64,000 nt of DNA, taken from assembly GCA_002189035.1 (NCBI GenBank), contig CM007991.1:5146001-5210000 (forward strand), read 5' to 3'. Origin of the DNA: Utricularia gibba (lineage: Eukaryota > Plantae > Magnoliophyta). Positions 24,925-37,798 of this stretch are shown one piece after another. Both the position numbers and the translations under genes were made by a program. How positions within the stretch are numbered: the first letter of the stretch is position 1; every line of letters begins with the position of its first letter. The notes below the pieces were generated by a model, which was given only the letters and a program-made list of their open reading frames with translations, had not been told where the DNA came from and made no database searches.

Positions 24925-25040
24925 CCATCATGTCAAAATCATGTTCCATTATGTCAAAAGCATATGCCATCTTTTCAAAAGCATGTACCATCTTTTTTAA
25001 AAGCATGTGTCATCTTTTCAAAAGCATGTGCCATCTTTAT
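24925..25040. repeat. About 21-bp tandem repeat (5-6 units) between the two Harbinger genes
   Basis: Unit aaaagcatgtgccatcttttc, with variants. Confidence 0.85.
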
Positions 25041-25254
25041 GCGTGGAATATGCTTTTGTGATATTTTCTTTATCTCAAAAACATATGATATTTTCTTGAT
25101 CTAACCTTCAATGGTTATTAATTGTTTTGAATTCTAATGTTTGGCTCATAATGACTGACCAATAGGGAATATAAAAGATTGCAAAAATCCAAAAACAATT
25201 CAAATATGTTCATACATAAAGAAAATACATCGCACTTAATTCAAGTAACACATA

Positions 25255-26325
25255 TCATATGTTGCGATTTTTTATTGATCCAAGGAAAATCATTCTTTCA
25301 ACATCATTCTCCAACTCCATGAAAGCTTCACGATACGAAGCTTTTGTGAATGCTATGGAGGCTGCAACAGCTAAATTAGGATCTTCTTTCACTTCAGGAA
25401 GCTGTCTAACAATTTTCATGCAATCATGTAAGGTTGGAGTGCTAATACCTTGACTTACCGATGAGTTAGATCTATTAAGAGTAGTTGAGATAGATTGAAG
25501 AGTATCAACCATTCTGATTGCAGTGTCAAGTGCTACTCTCCTTTGCTTCTTGTGACTTATGGGAGGTAATGGCACAGGAACATCCAGCGGGATTTGGCAC
25601 GAGCTTGGATTCACAGGGATGGATGCCATAGGATCATCGTGATCATCATTTGTTGTAATCGATGGAATTGGGCTGTATGAACCTCCAAACATGTTATTTT
25701 CTTCTAGATCTATGTTCACAAATTCTTCTAGAGTAGGATTATCACTTGTGCTCTTGTGTTGGGGTGTATCACTTGTACTTGCATGATATGATGCTCTTGG
25801 AGGAATTTTTCCAGTCCGTGTACACCAAGCTGAAGAAGCCGTTACAATAATGGGAGAGAAAACAATTGCCTGCTGATCAGCAAATGGTGGGGGGCCTTTC
25901 TTGAATTTTCGACATCCCACATGCACCTAAAAAAATCATTGTATTAAATCACAATTACAATATAGCTCATATCATGATATTATAACTAATGAATAAAATT
26001 AACATATACTAACCTTTGACATCCTATCCCACCAATCATCATCACTTGCAATTGTTTTCAATGTTTCATTCCATCCTGCTCCAGATTTTTCTTGGAGAGT
26101 TGTCCATATCTTCCAATCTTTCTTCATCATTCCAAATTTGTTTGTGATTTGCTTTTTGGTAAAGTCATGACCGGTATTCTGCTTGAGTTCTTTAATTATA
26201 GCACGCCAACCTTGAGGATTGAAACTTGTACTTATCATATTCCCAGCATGTATTTGTTTCACAAAAGCATTAATAAGAGCTTCAAAATTAGTCATATCTT
26301 TCCACAAACCATTCTCTTCAGTCAT
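25255..26325 (-). CDS. Harbinger Myb/SANT-like DNA-binding protein, 2 exons, 327 aa, intact
   Basis: Exons 26325-26014 and 25926-25255 (GT-AG, phase 0). Trihelix motifs LW..ALI..F, GW..I..EL, F+KKQI+NKF..MKKDW, SGAGW, DDDWW, GCRKFKK. C-terminal TLHDCMKIVRQL..Y.EAFM.LE...R..FL. Upstream TATA-like TATTTAAA (minus strand) at 26891-26898. Confidence 0.88.
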
Positions 26326-26734
26326 ATGCCTGTAATAACAATTATATTAGAGTCAATAAATTTTTTTGTAGTACTAATAATTGAAAGAAATCTATAGGAT
26401 TGCTATCTAAGTGTAATTAATTGGAAAAAAAATGTAAGCATTGATTTTATTGAGAATAAAAAGGGAAACCAATACTTCAAACAAATAAACAAAAAAAATC
26501 ATTCTCAAAATAATCATTAAAGGATACAAAAAAATCATTGAAACTTAAATGCTGAGTTTAAAAATCATTGAAACAAAAGCATCATTTAATAATACCAAAA
26601 AAAAAAATCATTGAAACGGAAATAGATTCTAAGCATTTAATCCGTAAATTTTCAATTCTCAAAATAAGAACTACAAAACGAGCGTATACGTGAAGATTTA
26701 CAAATTAAATGTTGAGTTTCAACAGCTAAATAAC

Positions 26735-26824
26735 ACAATTGAACAAACTTACACAGAATTGGCTGTTGAAAAGAGGGAGACAATTGAACAAACTTACGCA
26801 AAATTGGTTTCTGAAAAGAGGGAG
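26735..26824. repeat. 45-bp tandem duplication in the Myb/SANT gene leader
   Basis: acaattgaacaaacttac.ca.aattgg.t..tgaaaagagggag occurs twice. Confidence 0.85.
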
Positions 26825-28319
26825 ATAATCGGCGGAGGAGGAAAGAAGATGCAAAACGAAACCCTAGCATAAATGTTTACAAATTTTGGATTTAAATAGG
26901 TATATTAAATATGGGTATTTTGGTAATTACAATAATTTTGTTAATTTGAAAAGAAGAATAAGTAGGTTTTTCTTACTTATAAATTTAACTTATAAGTAAA
27001 TTAAAATCAATAATTTAAAGTCACTTATAATTAGTAAATAAAACACTTGCATCAATTATAAGTAACTTATTATCAATTAAAAGAACTTATAAGCAATACA
27101 AAACAGCCTCATTAGAAAAATATAACAATAATAATAATACTAATAATAAATAAATGTTTTGTGCATGAGAAAAGAGTAGCCCAACCCATTAATCTGATTG
27201 CGGGCCTCACCAAAACAGAAAGAGGGATCCGTGTTTGGTGTCTAGGGCTCAATATATTTATAACGATTCGTAGATGTATAGGTTGTGTGTGTACCATAAC
27301 ATAATCTTTTTCTATTTTTAGATAAAATAGAAATGGAATTTATATTTTTAAAATAATTTATACTCTTAGAATATTTTTATTATCTCCTAAAATTACTCGT
27401 CCGATCCATACCCATTTAACCAACATTCGGAGTAGCTAGAAAATTGCTTATTCTCATTTTCGTCTTTCTAAGTTTTTTCCTATTTTACTTTGAAAATGCA
27501 TTTAACTTTTTGTCATGGTTTCGAACAGATCATTTCATTTGATTTCCATCCATGGAGCATTCAACCCAACATGAAGAGAAAGTTTATAAAGCAAACGGGA
27601 TAGGGGAGTAGAAGTGCCTTCATTATCTATCACCGTGGATGATGAATGATGGATAGGTAATAAATATTGTATGCATTTCAGCATCTCAAGTTTATAATTC
27701 AAGATGATCATTTCATGTGGGGAGAAAAGTTATATATTAAATGGCTAAAATTCTTCCTCCCCATTTAGATGACGAGATTGAGGAATATAGTTCTTTCAAT
27801 CATGTAAGCACCGTGTGAACACTGGTTCAATGCTTATGCATGTTTGATCAAACTCCATCATTTTAATGTCATGTTTGAGATCAAGGACATGACTTGATAG
27901 CAAAATCAATCAATGTCAAAAATGGCTAACCATAATCAAGACATACCTAGAAGGGTCGCTGACCCTTCTAATATAGTATTGCAAACATTATGGCTATTCT
28001 TATTTGATTTTTTAGTTTTTAGGGATGGACACCAACTTCACGAGAGATATTTCCTTCTCATCCAATCCATGCTACACATTGACCTTTGAAGATGGCTAAA
28101 AGTGACACAATTACCCCAACCCAACCCTCATTGGGTGATTTTAATTAATCAATGCTTTGGGAACATCCCTGCTCTTTTGACTTGTTATGATACTAAAGTT
28201 TTCTTTGTTAGTTATTTTATTTTTGGGATGGATCATTGATGTTGTGCTAAATGTGATTATATTTATGCTATTGTGAGTGTTAATATAGGAGACTAGGTGA
28301 ATCAGTAAAATAAGCAAGT

Positions 28320-31300
28320 GGACGTCCGTTTTGCATCCATCAACACCAATGCCTAAACTTGATGCATCACATTCAATTTCAAAAATATTAGAAAAATTTG
28401 GAAGAGCTAAGAGAGGTGTTGAACAAAGTTTATCCTTGAGTTATTGGAAGACATGTTCGTGCTTGTCTGTCCAGTGAAATGTGTGATTTTTCTTGATCAA
28501 TTGAATGAGGGGTGCTGCTATGGTGCTGAAATCCTTAACAAATTGCCTATACAAGCTTGCTAAGCCAAGAAAACTCCTAACTTCATCAATAGAGGTAGGT
28601 GTTGACCATTTTTCATCTACAACTACTCATGCATCACTAACAACATATCCAAGAAAAGATAAACTATTTGTGCAAAAGACACGCTTCTTGGTATTAGTGA
28701 ACAACTTTTCTTTCCTAAGAATATTTAACACATCTCTCAAATGACACACATGTTCATCAACACTCTTGCTATAAATCAAAATATTATCAAAATAAACCAC
28801 CATGAATCTACCTATAAAAGGCCTAAGAATGTGATTCATCAACCTAATAAAGGTGCTAGGAGTATTAGTAAACCAAAAGGCATAATAATCCACTCATACA
28901 AACCAAATTAGTTTCAAAAGTGGTTTTCCTCTCATCATCTTCATTCTAATATGATGATATCCACTTCTCAAATTAATCTTAGTAACAACACAAGCTCCAT
29001 GCAATTCATCAAGTATGTCTTCAAGTCTAGGGATAGGATGTCTATACTTGATGGTGATGTCGTTGATGGCTCAACAATCAGTGTACACATGCCAAGTTCC
29101 ATCAGATTTAGGAACCAACTAAATCGCCACAGAGCAAGGACTCATGCTTTCTGGCACAAATCCTTTAGACATCAATTCCTCAACTTGCATTTGTATTTCT
29201 TGGTTTCCTTTAGATTGGCATTGTATGCTAGTCTGTTAGGGAGTTGTCCTCCAGGAATAAGATTGATTTGATGCTCAATCCCTCTAATGGGAGGTAATTC
29301 CTGAAGTTCTTCTGGAAATACATCTTGATATACTTGTAAGAGAGATGTAACGCAAGACGGAATGGATTGAACATTGTTAAGAAAAGTAGAAACTTCATTC
29401 TTGTACATAAGTAGAAAGAATGGTTGTCTAGTATGAAGTGAGTGTTTAATCTTAGTCTAGCTAAGAGATTCTCATTTTTGCTCTCAAATTCTATCACTTT
29501 CATTTTTCCGCTTTTTGTTTTACACTCATTCTCACCATTTTCCCACTCAATTCCTTCCCACATCTTGTTTTATCTCCACTTTTCAAATCTTTTTTTCACT
29601 CTTTTTCACTCCACTCTCTTTTTTATTTTCTCTACTCATATCTCCTCCCTTAAGCATGATCTCCTTATGATTTTCATTTGTACCATGCAATGCTCTAGCA
29701 TCACTCAGGATCCTGACTTGATCTTCACGTGCCTCCTTTGAAGATAATGGAGCAAGTGTGATTGAGCATCCATTATGATTGAAGGAATACTTGTTCTTGA
29801 AGCCATCATGGAATGCTCTTCTATCATATTCCCATGGCCTCCCTAAAAGGATGTGACTCGCATGTATAGGTATAGCATCACATAGGACTTGATCTTCATA
29901 TCTTCCTATAGAAAATGCCACAAGCACTTGTTTGGTCACCTTTACCTCACTTCCTTCATTAAACCACTGTAAATTGTAAGGCTTAGGGTGCCTCACAGTC
30001 GATAGTCGCAATATCTCCATCAAGATGTTACTAGTAATATTAGTACAACTACCTTTATCAATGAACAAGCTACAAACTTTACCATTCACAAAGCATCGTG
30101 TTTGAAACAAGTTTTCTCTTTGCTTATCATTGTTCTTAACTCCAACATTAAGTGTCCTTTGAGTGATTAACACTTCTCCAAAAATGGGCATTTCATCCCC
30201 ATCATTCAATTCAGCCTCTGTTTCCACAAGATCATTATCATCTTCACTAATCACTTCTCGATTGCCTCGCAACACCATTGCTCTTTTATTTGGATATTCA
30301 GAAGCAATATGTCCATGTCTCAAACATTTGAAACATTTTATGTTCCTTGTAGTGCTCTTTGGAGGTGTTGTTTGCTCCCCTTGCTTGGAATTTGATGGGG
30401 TATTGAATTTGGAGTGTTCCATGGATAACTTCCCTTTAGTTCTCTCCCGCATCTCCTTTTTGCCTCCAAATTTCGAACTAGGATCGCTCTTATTGAGATC
30501 TCCAGCAAAGTTCTTGTTTGAGAGTTGTTTTTCAACTTTGGTTGTCATATTAATCATGTCCTCCATCTCAATATAATATTGAAGCTCCACAGTACTTGCA
30601 ATCTCCTTATTCATTCCATGAAGGAACCTTGCCATAGTTGCTTCTCTATCTTCATGAACATTGGCTCGAATCATTAAGATCTTCATTTGTTGACAATATT
30701 CCTCCATTGATAGGGACCCTATTTGAAATTTTGTAACCATTGATACACATCTCTTTGGTAATGGCTTGGCATGAATCATTTCCTCATGATTTTCTTAATC
30801 TCAGCCCAAGTGCCAATTGGTTCTTCATCGTCACTCCTTCTTTTACTCACCAACTGATCCCACCAAATGACTGCATAGTCAATGAATTCCATGGAAGCCA
30901 ATCTTATCTTCTTGTCTTTAGAGTAGTTATTACAATTAAAGACATGTTCTACTCGAGTTTCCCATTGCAAATACGTATTTGGATTATTCTTTTCTTGATA
31001 TCGAGGTATCTTTATCTTGATATTGTTAACATCCCTTCCATTTCCTCTTGCCTCTCTTCTACCTTCTTGGTCTCGAAATCTTCTTCTATCACCATGGACA
31101 TTGCCATTATCACCATGTTCAAGGTACTCATCTTCATCATTATTCAGGATTCTATCTCTTTTGAAGCTTTCACTTCGTTAATCACTGAAATCAGGTGCAA
31201 TGTAGTTGCATTGAGTCATTTGCACACCTCGACCCCCTTTTAGCATCGTGATTATTTTGTGTGCCTTGGACTCTTGCAACATTTTGAAGAGATTTTTCAT

Positions 31301-32702
31301 GTTCATCAAGCTTAGCATTGATATTCTCCAGAATACAATGTAATCTTGTAAATTCTTGTTCCATAGCTCTCAAAGTAAACTTGTCATCTAATGATTCATC
31401 TTTCTCATGCTCACTTTTTGAATTTGACATCTAAAAAACAAGAGAAAAGAAACGAGTAGCAAGGAAGAAAAGAAAATAAAGCAAAAGAATAAAGAAACAC
31501 ACACAGCTTTTACCTCTCAATCCTCACATTTCAAGTCCTTGATGCACTCTTTAACATCATCATACCTGATCTCATGATATCCCAACAATTAATCACTTCC
31601 ATATTAGTAATGCTTATGGTGTTATGATGGGGTTAAGTGAGGGTAATAGTATTAATTGAGTCAAGATAGAGACAAGGGAGAATGGTTGAATTAAGTCAGC
31701 TACTTGTTGTAGTAGTTGACTAAGAGAGATGGACAATAAAGTAAGGAGAAGATGAATCAAATGAATGGGTACTAAACCTGAAATATGTTTCTTGTAGGGT
31801 TGTAGAAATAGAGGAATAGGCAATAAACAAAGAGAATAGTCAAATGGGATGATAGGGACAAGTAAATGACAGGGGTTGGAGATTGAAATTCAAGAAAACA
31901 ACAAGAAAGAGGTTGCTTGATGGAATGGGAAAAATAGAGAAATTTGTAATAAACAAATAGAGTGCAATAATGGATTTTTTTTGGAATAAATAGGAAGAGA
32001 AGAACTAAAAGGAGAACAAGATACTCATACAGAGAAGGAACCCCAAAGCTTTGATACTAGATGATATGACCCTCTAATCTAAAGAGATTAATAATCCACG
32101 AACATGGGGTGATTTTGATGCTTAGAAAGGAACCAACTCAAATCTATTTTCAAGAGAATGAATTTCTTGCAACCATATTATGAAAGAAAGGAAAAGTAGG
32201 AGCCACACTTCAGAAAGAGGAGGGATTGGAAGTAATAATCCTTGAACACAACAAGCTCAAAAGCTTGATAAGTCAAGAGTATTCAAACACTCAAAGAAGA
32301 GAAAATTCCTTACAAGATTCATGAAAAATGAACTAAAAGTCCTTCAAATAGTATATCTCTAGAGTATTTATACTCTAACATCATTGGGCTCTAACATTAC
32401 TAAGCCCAAATTGAATAAAAAGGGAAGACTACTAAGTCCAATAACAAACATCAAAGATGATGATCTAACTTGGGCTCTAAAGTAGGTCCACTTTGAAGTA
32501 GTTGAACTCTTTTGGTTATAAGACTTCAAGTCCAACTTCTAACCCAATAATGTTGATGAGACACTGGAGTTATTATTCAATCTTATTGCTCTTACTGATT
32601 GTGATTGGTCCTAGTAGAATGATCTTACTATCTAAGGTATCCAATTGTGTAGTATCCTCAACATTCTTCAAATGTTCATCATCATCTTGGTGGGGTTCAT
32701 CA
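28320..32702 (-). mobile_element. 3'-truncated CRM-clade chromovirus (Ty3/gypsy)
   Basis: 5' LTR 32062-32702 (TGAT..ATCA) contains the GPIT(I)SKS CR-motif remnant. Degenerate tRNA-Met PBS at 32048-32059 (gctttgatacta vs gctctgatacca). gag-PR-RT-RH follow. No integrase or 3' LTR. Confidence 0.88.
28330..31430 (-). pseudogene. CRM gag-pol pseudogene
   Basis: gag ASMEFIDYAVIWWDQL and REATMARFL, knuckle CFKC..HGHIASE.PN, protease FIDKGSCTN and [20 protein letters not shown] and [21 protein letters not shown]. Frameshifts and stops. Confidence 0.9.
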
Positions 32703-33155
32703 ACTGTTCATCCAATGAGGTGGGCCTTGTGCTTGACTAGTCTACGAAGTTGTTCTTAGTAAAGGGGCAAATCAGGAATTTTTGGTCTACACGGGAAGCT
32801 AGATTAATGAGAAAGTATATTTTCTGAGCATCAAAAAAAAAAGAAAAAGAAAAATGTTGAAGCTCAAAAAAGTAGGATGTTGACAAGTTTGATTGTCACG
32901 ATATGGCATAGATTGGCATGATCTGATTGCAAGTATAAAAAAAAATAAATCAAAAAGAAAAGGGGGAGAGATTTTGGAGGGAAGCTCTAGAGATGAATAG
33001 TGGATCTTTGCTTGGAGATTTTATGAGCGAAGAAGTCGGAGGAGGAGCACTTCCAACATGACACTGGAATCAACCTCCAATGTCTAGAACCTATCAAAGA
33101 AAGACACATACCTATTTGAGAAGAAGATGATAGAAGTAGTTTTAGAATGAACTAG

Positions 33156-34486
33156 TGTTAGGTTTCTTATAGACATTGTATGTCCTCACAGTCGTGGAAT
33201 TTAAAATTTTTTGAGAAACCCAAAACATAGATCTTGGAATACGGTATACATTAGATAAAGAGATTCTGAAAATACTTTGCAGTGCATTCCGTTGTTCACC
33301 AACTGCCAATAGTATACAGCCTCTGTGGTATTTACACATGAATCACTCCCTCTATAATCTTCTCAAGACAGCAGAATGATGGTCGATCTCCTCATATGTT
33401 GGTAGAGAAAATCATCCACTTGTGGATAAATCTTAGAGAGAAAGAAGATATGAAAATTTCTTTCTTATTATATTGTATAGATATTTGGTAACATATCTAA
33501 TTAAATCTCCGTAAAGATCTTATCTTGTAGAGATATATAGGTTCCCAATCTTATTTATGTCAAATCTTTTATTTTGAGTTTAATCTATATTAATCTCAAA
33601 ATAAATCTCTATTCCACTTTACCATCTATATCTCATGTAATTGTGTCATTCTATTATACATTGATGAGTATCTTCACTATTGTGTGTGATCCTATAGGCT
33701 TCTTGAATCTAAGCTGTAATAATAAATTTATTAATTAACTCTTAATTAATAAAATCCATTATTATCAATCATGAGTGATGTCTAGCAACATATCATGATC
33801 CACAAGATGTAAGAATAATCAGGTGAATTGATTGAGCCTTTCTATGACCAACTACTATGTAATGAACAGCTTTCATCATACTTATATCTCATTTGATACC
33901 AAAAGATAGGTGTGTGTCTTTTTGATGTATCGAACTTATAATTGCATTTAAGCACTAACATTTAATGACCTACTCAAATACTTCGAATGTGATTACCCTG
34001 GGCCCAAGATTTATTATTAAGCTTTAATGCAATTACTTGAGATATGATCTCATAGTTAACTTGAGTGATGAATTCTTTATTGATCAATCAACTATCTTCA
34101 TCTTTAAGGAGTCACATCCCTTCTCATCCATACTTGGCCAGCCATGGTTAGACTCCCATTAGTAATGGACGAAAATGCGAGCTTAAGATCAAGATAACTT
34201 TGTTGTCTTCAAGTCTAAGCTTACTTGCATGGCTGTCATATTTGAGATCTTGTTACTGACACTTGGTTAGTGTCGCATAGTAGCATCTAGAATACAAGTC
34301 ATCTAGTGAATCGATTCTCTAATCAACAACTACACATTGGTTCTTATAATCTCATTACATCAATTATGAGAACCATTTCCGCATTTGTGATATTCTCATT
34401 TCACAAATGCTTTACCCAAGGAATTTGATCATAAGTTCTCTAGCATATAGAACAAGTTGATTGTCTCTAGAACGCATACATCAACA
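33156..34486 (-). mobile_element. Solo LTR, Angela-like Ty1/copia (1331 bp)
   Basis: TGTT..AACA termini. Perfect TSD ACTAG (33151-33155 / 34487-34491). Homologous to 43900-45400. Confidence 0.9.
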
Positions 34487-34584
34487 ACTAGAACCACCTC
34501 CATCACCTAGAACGATAGTAGAACATGAGGAACCTTCCCAAAAAAGCCGTAGAACCAATCTATTAGAGTAGAAGAAGATGACGC

Positions 34585-37500
34585 TCATAATACCATTTTT
34601 ATTTTATTTTTATATGTGTTTTTAGAGTTGTTTTATGTGGTAAAATGTGGTTTCATATGTATAATTATTTACTTTTGTGCATTTAGTTCGTAGTAATGTA
34701 TTTGTTGTGAAAATAGACTCAATTGGCAATTATTGAGCCAAAAATTCTAATGTTTTTTTTAGTGTGTTTCTAAATCTTAACAAGGTAGGAGCTAGTATCG
34801 GTGGCACACTTTCCACTTTGACAAGTCAAAAGGGATAAAAATACCATGGAAAAGTAGCTTTTAGCCAAAAGTAGTTGCTCACTAAAAAGATAAGATATGT
34901 CGTATGGATCTTCTTTCTGGAAATCCAAGGAGGAGATGGAGATTTCCTTCCTTTAAGCGGAAAAAGAATAGAAGAAGGAGGAGAGAGAAGAGAGCGAGCA
35001 GGAAGCGAGGAGAATGGTGGTTCTTCGGCGAACAGCTCCAATAGCTTTTGGATCTACATTTGTGGAACTTATTTCTATCTAGAACCTCCAGATTAAGTAG
35101 ATCTACAACTTGCAGTAGCAGCTTTACATTCTTATTTCCATTTTCTGGCTTTCTATTTCTGACTTTGACGTGTTCGAGTATTTTCTGCATTTCCATGCTT
35201 GGTTACATTTTTGGTGCTTGGGTGTGAATGAGAAACCTCTTGTAGACCTTATTTTAGCTTATGCACGTGTTCATGTTTACGTTCCTTAGTTTTTAGTTCT
35301 TGAGTTTAGCATGCGTACTATTCACACTACCCTCTTCTCTGTTTTTGGGTGTGATAAAGCTGAGTTTAAGCCTATGCACCCTCTTGAGTGACACAAAAGC
35401 TAGATCCTCGTGCAAAACCCTGCCAAATCACCTCCACTTTACATTTTTATGCATTGTCGTTATTTTCTCTACTCATTCACCTCTGCATCTTGTTCATTTT
35501 AGTAAGAACTAAACTACTAGAAAACTCTCCTATTTTTAGTAAATGTATAGGAATTCGAGAAATTGTAACCATTCTCTGTGGATTCCATTCTTACTTACTA
35601 TACTACATTAATTTCTGTGATTTGTGTAGTAGAATAGCTTGGTTTACAAATTTCTCTTGATGCATTGAACATGCTAGATGGCGACATTTAGCAACAAGTT
35701 CCAACGTTTACCAAAATGGCGATCATACTTACTGAGGGAATGCATTTACTCTTTTTTGTAGGTCCACTTGAACCCATAGATTTGGAAATTGAGAGGACAA
35801 AAAAATTACTTAAAAAGAAGTGCAAACGGCAATAGCAAGAGGCTAAGTTGAGAGACGTAGAGGCTGACAATCCACTAAACAACCAGCAGTTTGTAAATAT
35901 TTTGGAGAAGACCATTGGAGAATATGAGTCACCGGATCATACTTATTGAGGGCATTGCATAGCCTTTCTTGCCATAGCAATTAATTTGGAGTTGCGGCCA
36001 GGAACTCTTACTCTATTTCCTAAGCATTATGGGAGCAAGAATGAGGACTCGGACATGCACATTGACAATTGCATTGCTGGTGGAGATGGGTCTTCTAATT
36101 CACTCTTGAAGGACATGCCAAGACATGGTTCAACACACTTGAACCAAGGAGTATAAGAAGATGGATGGAAATGAAGAAGACATTCTTAAATCAATTTGTC
36201 CCTACCTCTAGAGGTGATGAAATTTGCAGCAAGATAGAGAATATTTTTCAAGACTATGATGAGCCTTTACATCAATACTCGGATAGGTTCATAACTCTTC
36301 TTTCTAGCTGCCCACATCATGGATTTGATAAATTGAAGCAAGTAAAGTGTTTTTTGAAGGACTTGACTACTGCTCAATGAGATAAGTTAGATTCTACTGC
36401 ACATGGCAATATGAGAACTCTCACTCCATCAGAAGGCTAGGAGAAAAATCAAGGAAATGATTGGACATTCTAGGTATTCTCAGTTTAGATCTTGAGCTCA
36501 GTGACAACTAAATGAAATGGGAGTATTGAGAGAAGATGAAGTATCAAGAAATGACAAAGACATTGGTGAATTGAAAGATGTGGTGAAGGGTTTATTTCGT
36601 ATGATCATTGGTAAAGTATGAAGTAGCAAGAAATGACAAATGAAAAAGACATTGGTAAAGTGTTATGATCATTGCTCTATGAAAGGAAACGTACAAGAAC
36701 CACTTGAAGGAGTAAAAACCATGTGGTATATGAACAACAACAAAGTTGATTATTTTAGGCCAAAGAATGACCAGCGTTTTGAGCCTATGAGGAGTCATCC
36801 AAATTTCAGTTGGAGAAGCACCAATATTGAAAACTCACAACATCTAGGATTTACTCAACCCCAGTAGCAAGTAGCACCACCAATTTTGTTTTAGCAAGGG
36901 CAAAGTGTTCAATACAAGAATAGTTATCCAAGTAAGCCTATCAATCCCCACACCAAAAAGTCAACCAGCCAAGCACTTTAGGTACTAAACTACCTTCTTC
37001 AATTGAAGAAATGATGAAAATGATGCTAGAGACCATCGCTAGACGTGATGCTAAACAAGCAAAAAGAGATGCTGAATCTGAGAAGATGATGAAGAGTCTT
37101 GAGAGTTAGATTGGCCAACTTGCTATGGAGCTTATTGAATTGAAAGAAATTCAAGGAAGCTACCATCTTAGTTCATTGCTAATCCGAAAGCCAACATTTC
37201 TGCTTTTGAACTCTACAATGGGAATTAATTGCCTAATCGAAAGGCCCTTGCAAGTTAGAGCAAAGTGGCAGAAGGTGCTGAAATTAATTGTGAGGATAAG
37301 GTGCAGCAAGGAAAAGCAGTAGGGGAACTTGTTGTTGAGATCAAGAAAACACCTTCTTTGTCATCAAAGTTAGCGCTCAAGTCTCTACCTACCTAACCTG
37401 ACCGATGTTTCGACCGTCGACCCTAGAACATTTTTTGACCCAAGAACATCTTTTGTCCTGATCCGGGAATGAACTAAATTCATCAGCAGGGCATTCTAGA

Positions 37501-37798
37501 GCCCCTCAGACCTACAAACCTAAAATTTCACCTTGCAACTAGTTCAGTGGCCATTCTAGGGGTATTGCCAAAGATGTTCTTGTTCGAGTCTCTAACACTT
37601 GCTACCCTTATGATTTTGTTGTTAAAATGCCACCAGCTAGGGTGAATGACAATACTTTGATTCTTGGATGATCTTTTATAGCTACCATAAATGTTCAGAT
37701 TGATTGTAGAAAAGGAGCCATCACTATTGGTTATGCTAATGATATTTTCTATTTTCAAGACCAATGAAGCTGAAAACTTCCCAGATGATTTTGCACCT
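34585..37798 (+). mobile_element. 5' part of an Athila-like family B element (LTR 34585-35713, eroded PBS, gag, protease)
   Basis: LTR matches 9799-10988 and is followed by tggcg at 35717. gag PLEPIDLEIERT, EMKKTFLNQF, CPHHGF. Protease GIAKDVLVRV..DFVV..LILG. Many stops. Confidence 0.85.

Larger units (their letters stand above)
23175..27110 (-). mobile_element. Complete PIF/Harbinger transposon (3936 bp)
   Basis: TIR gggcctgttttacatgacttttaagtt vs the reverse complement of the right end, gaggctgttttgtattgcttataagtt (20/27). 3-bp TSD ATT at 23172-23174 and 27111-27113. Two-gene content: Myb/SANT plus DDE transposase. Confidence 0.92.

Noticed and set aside
30163-30576. 137-aa plus-strand ORF
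   Set aside because: Antisense to CRM gag, with no independent motifs.
32703-34584. Possible coding relic (ELEPPPSPRTIVEHEEPSQK) flanking the Angela solo LTR
   Set aside because: Too short, surrounded by stops, and no recognisable family.
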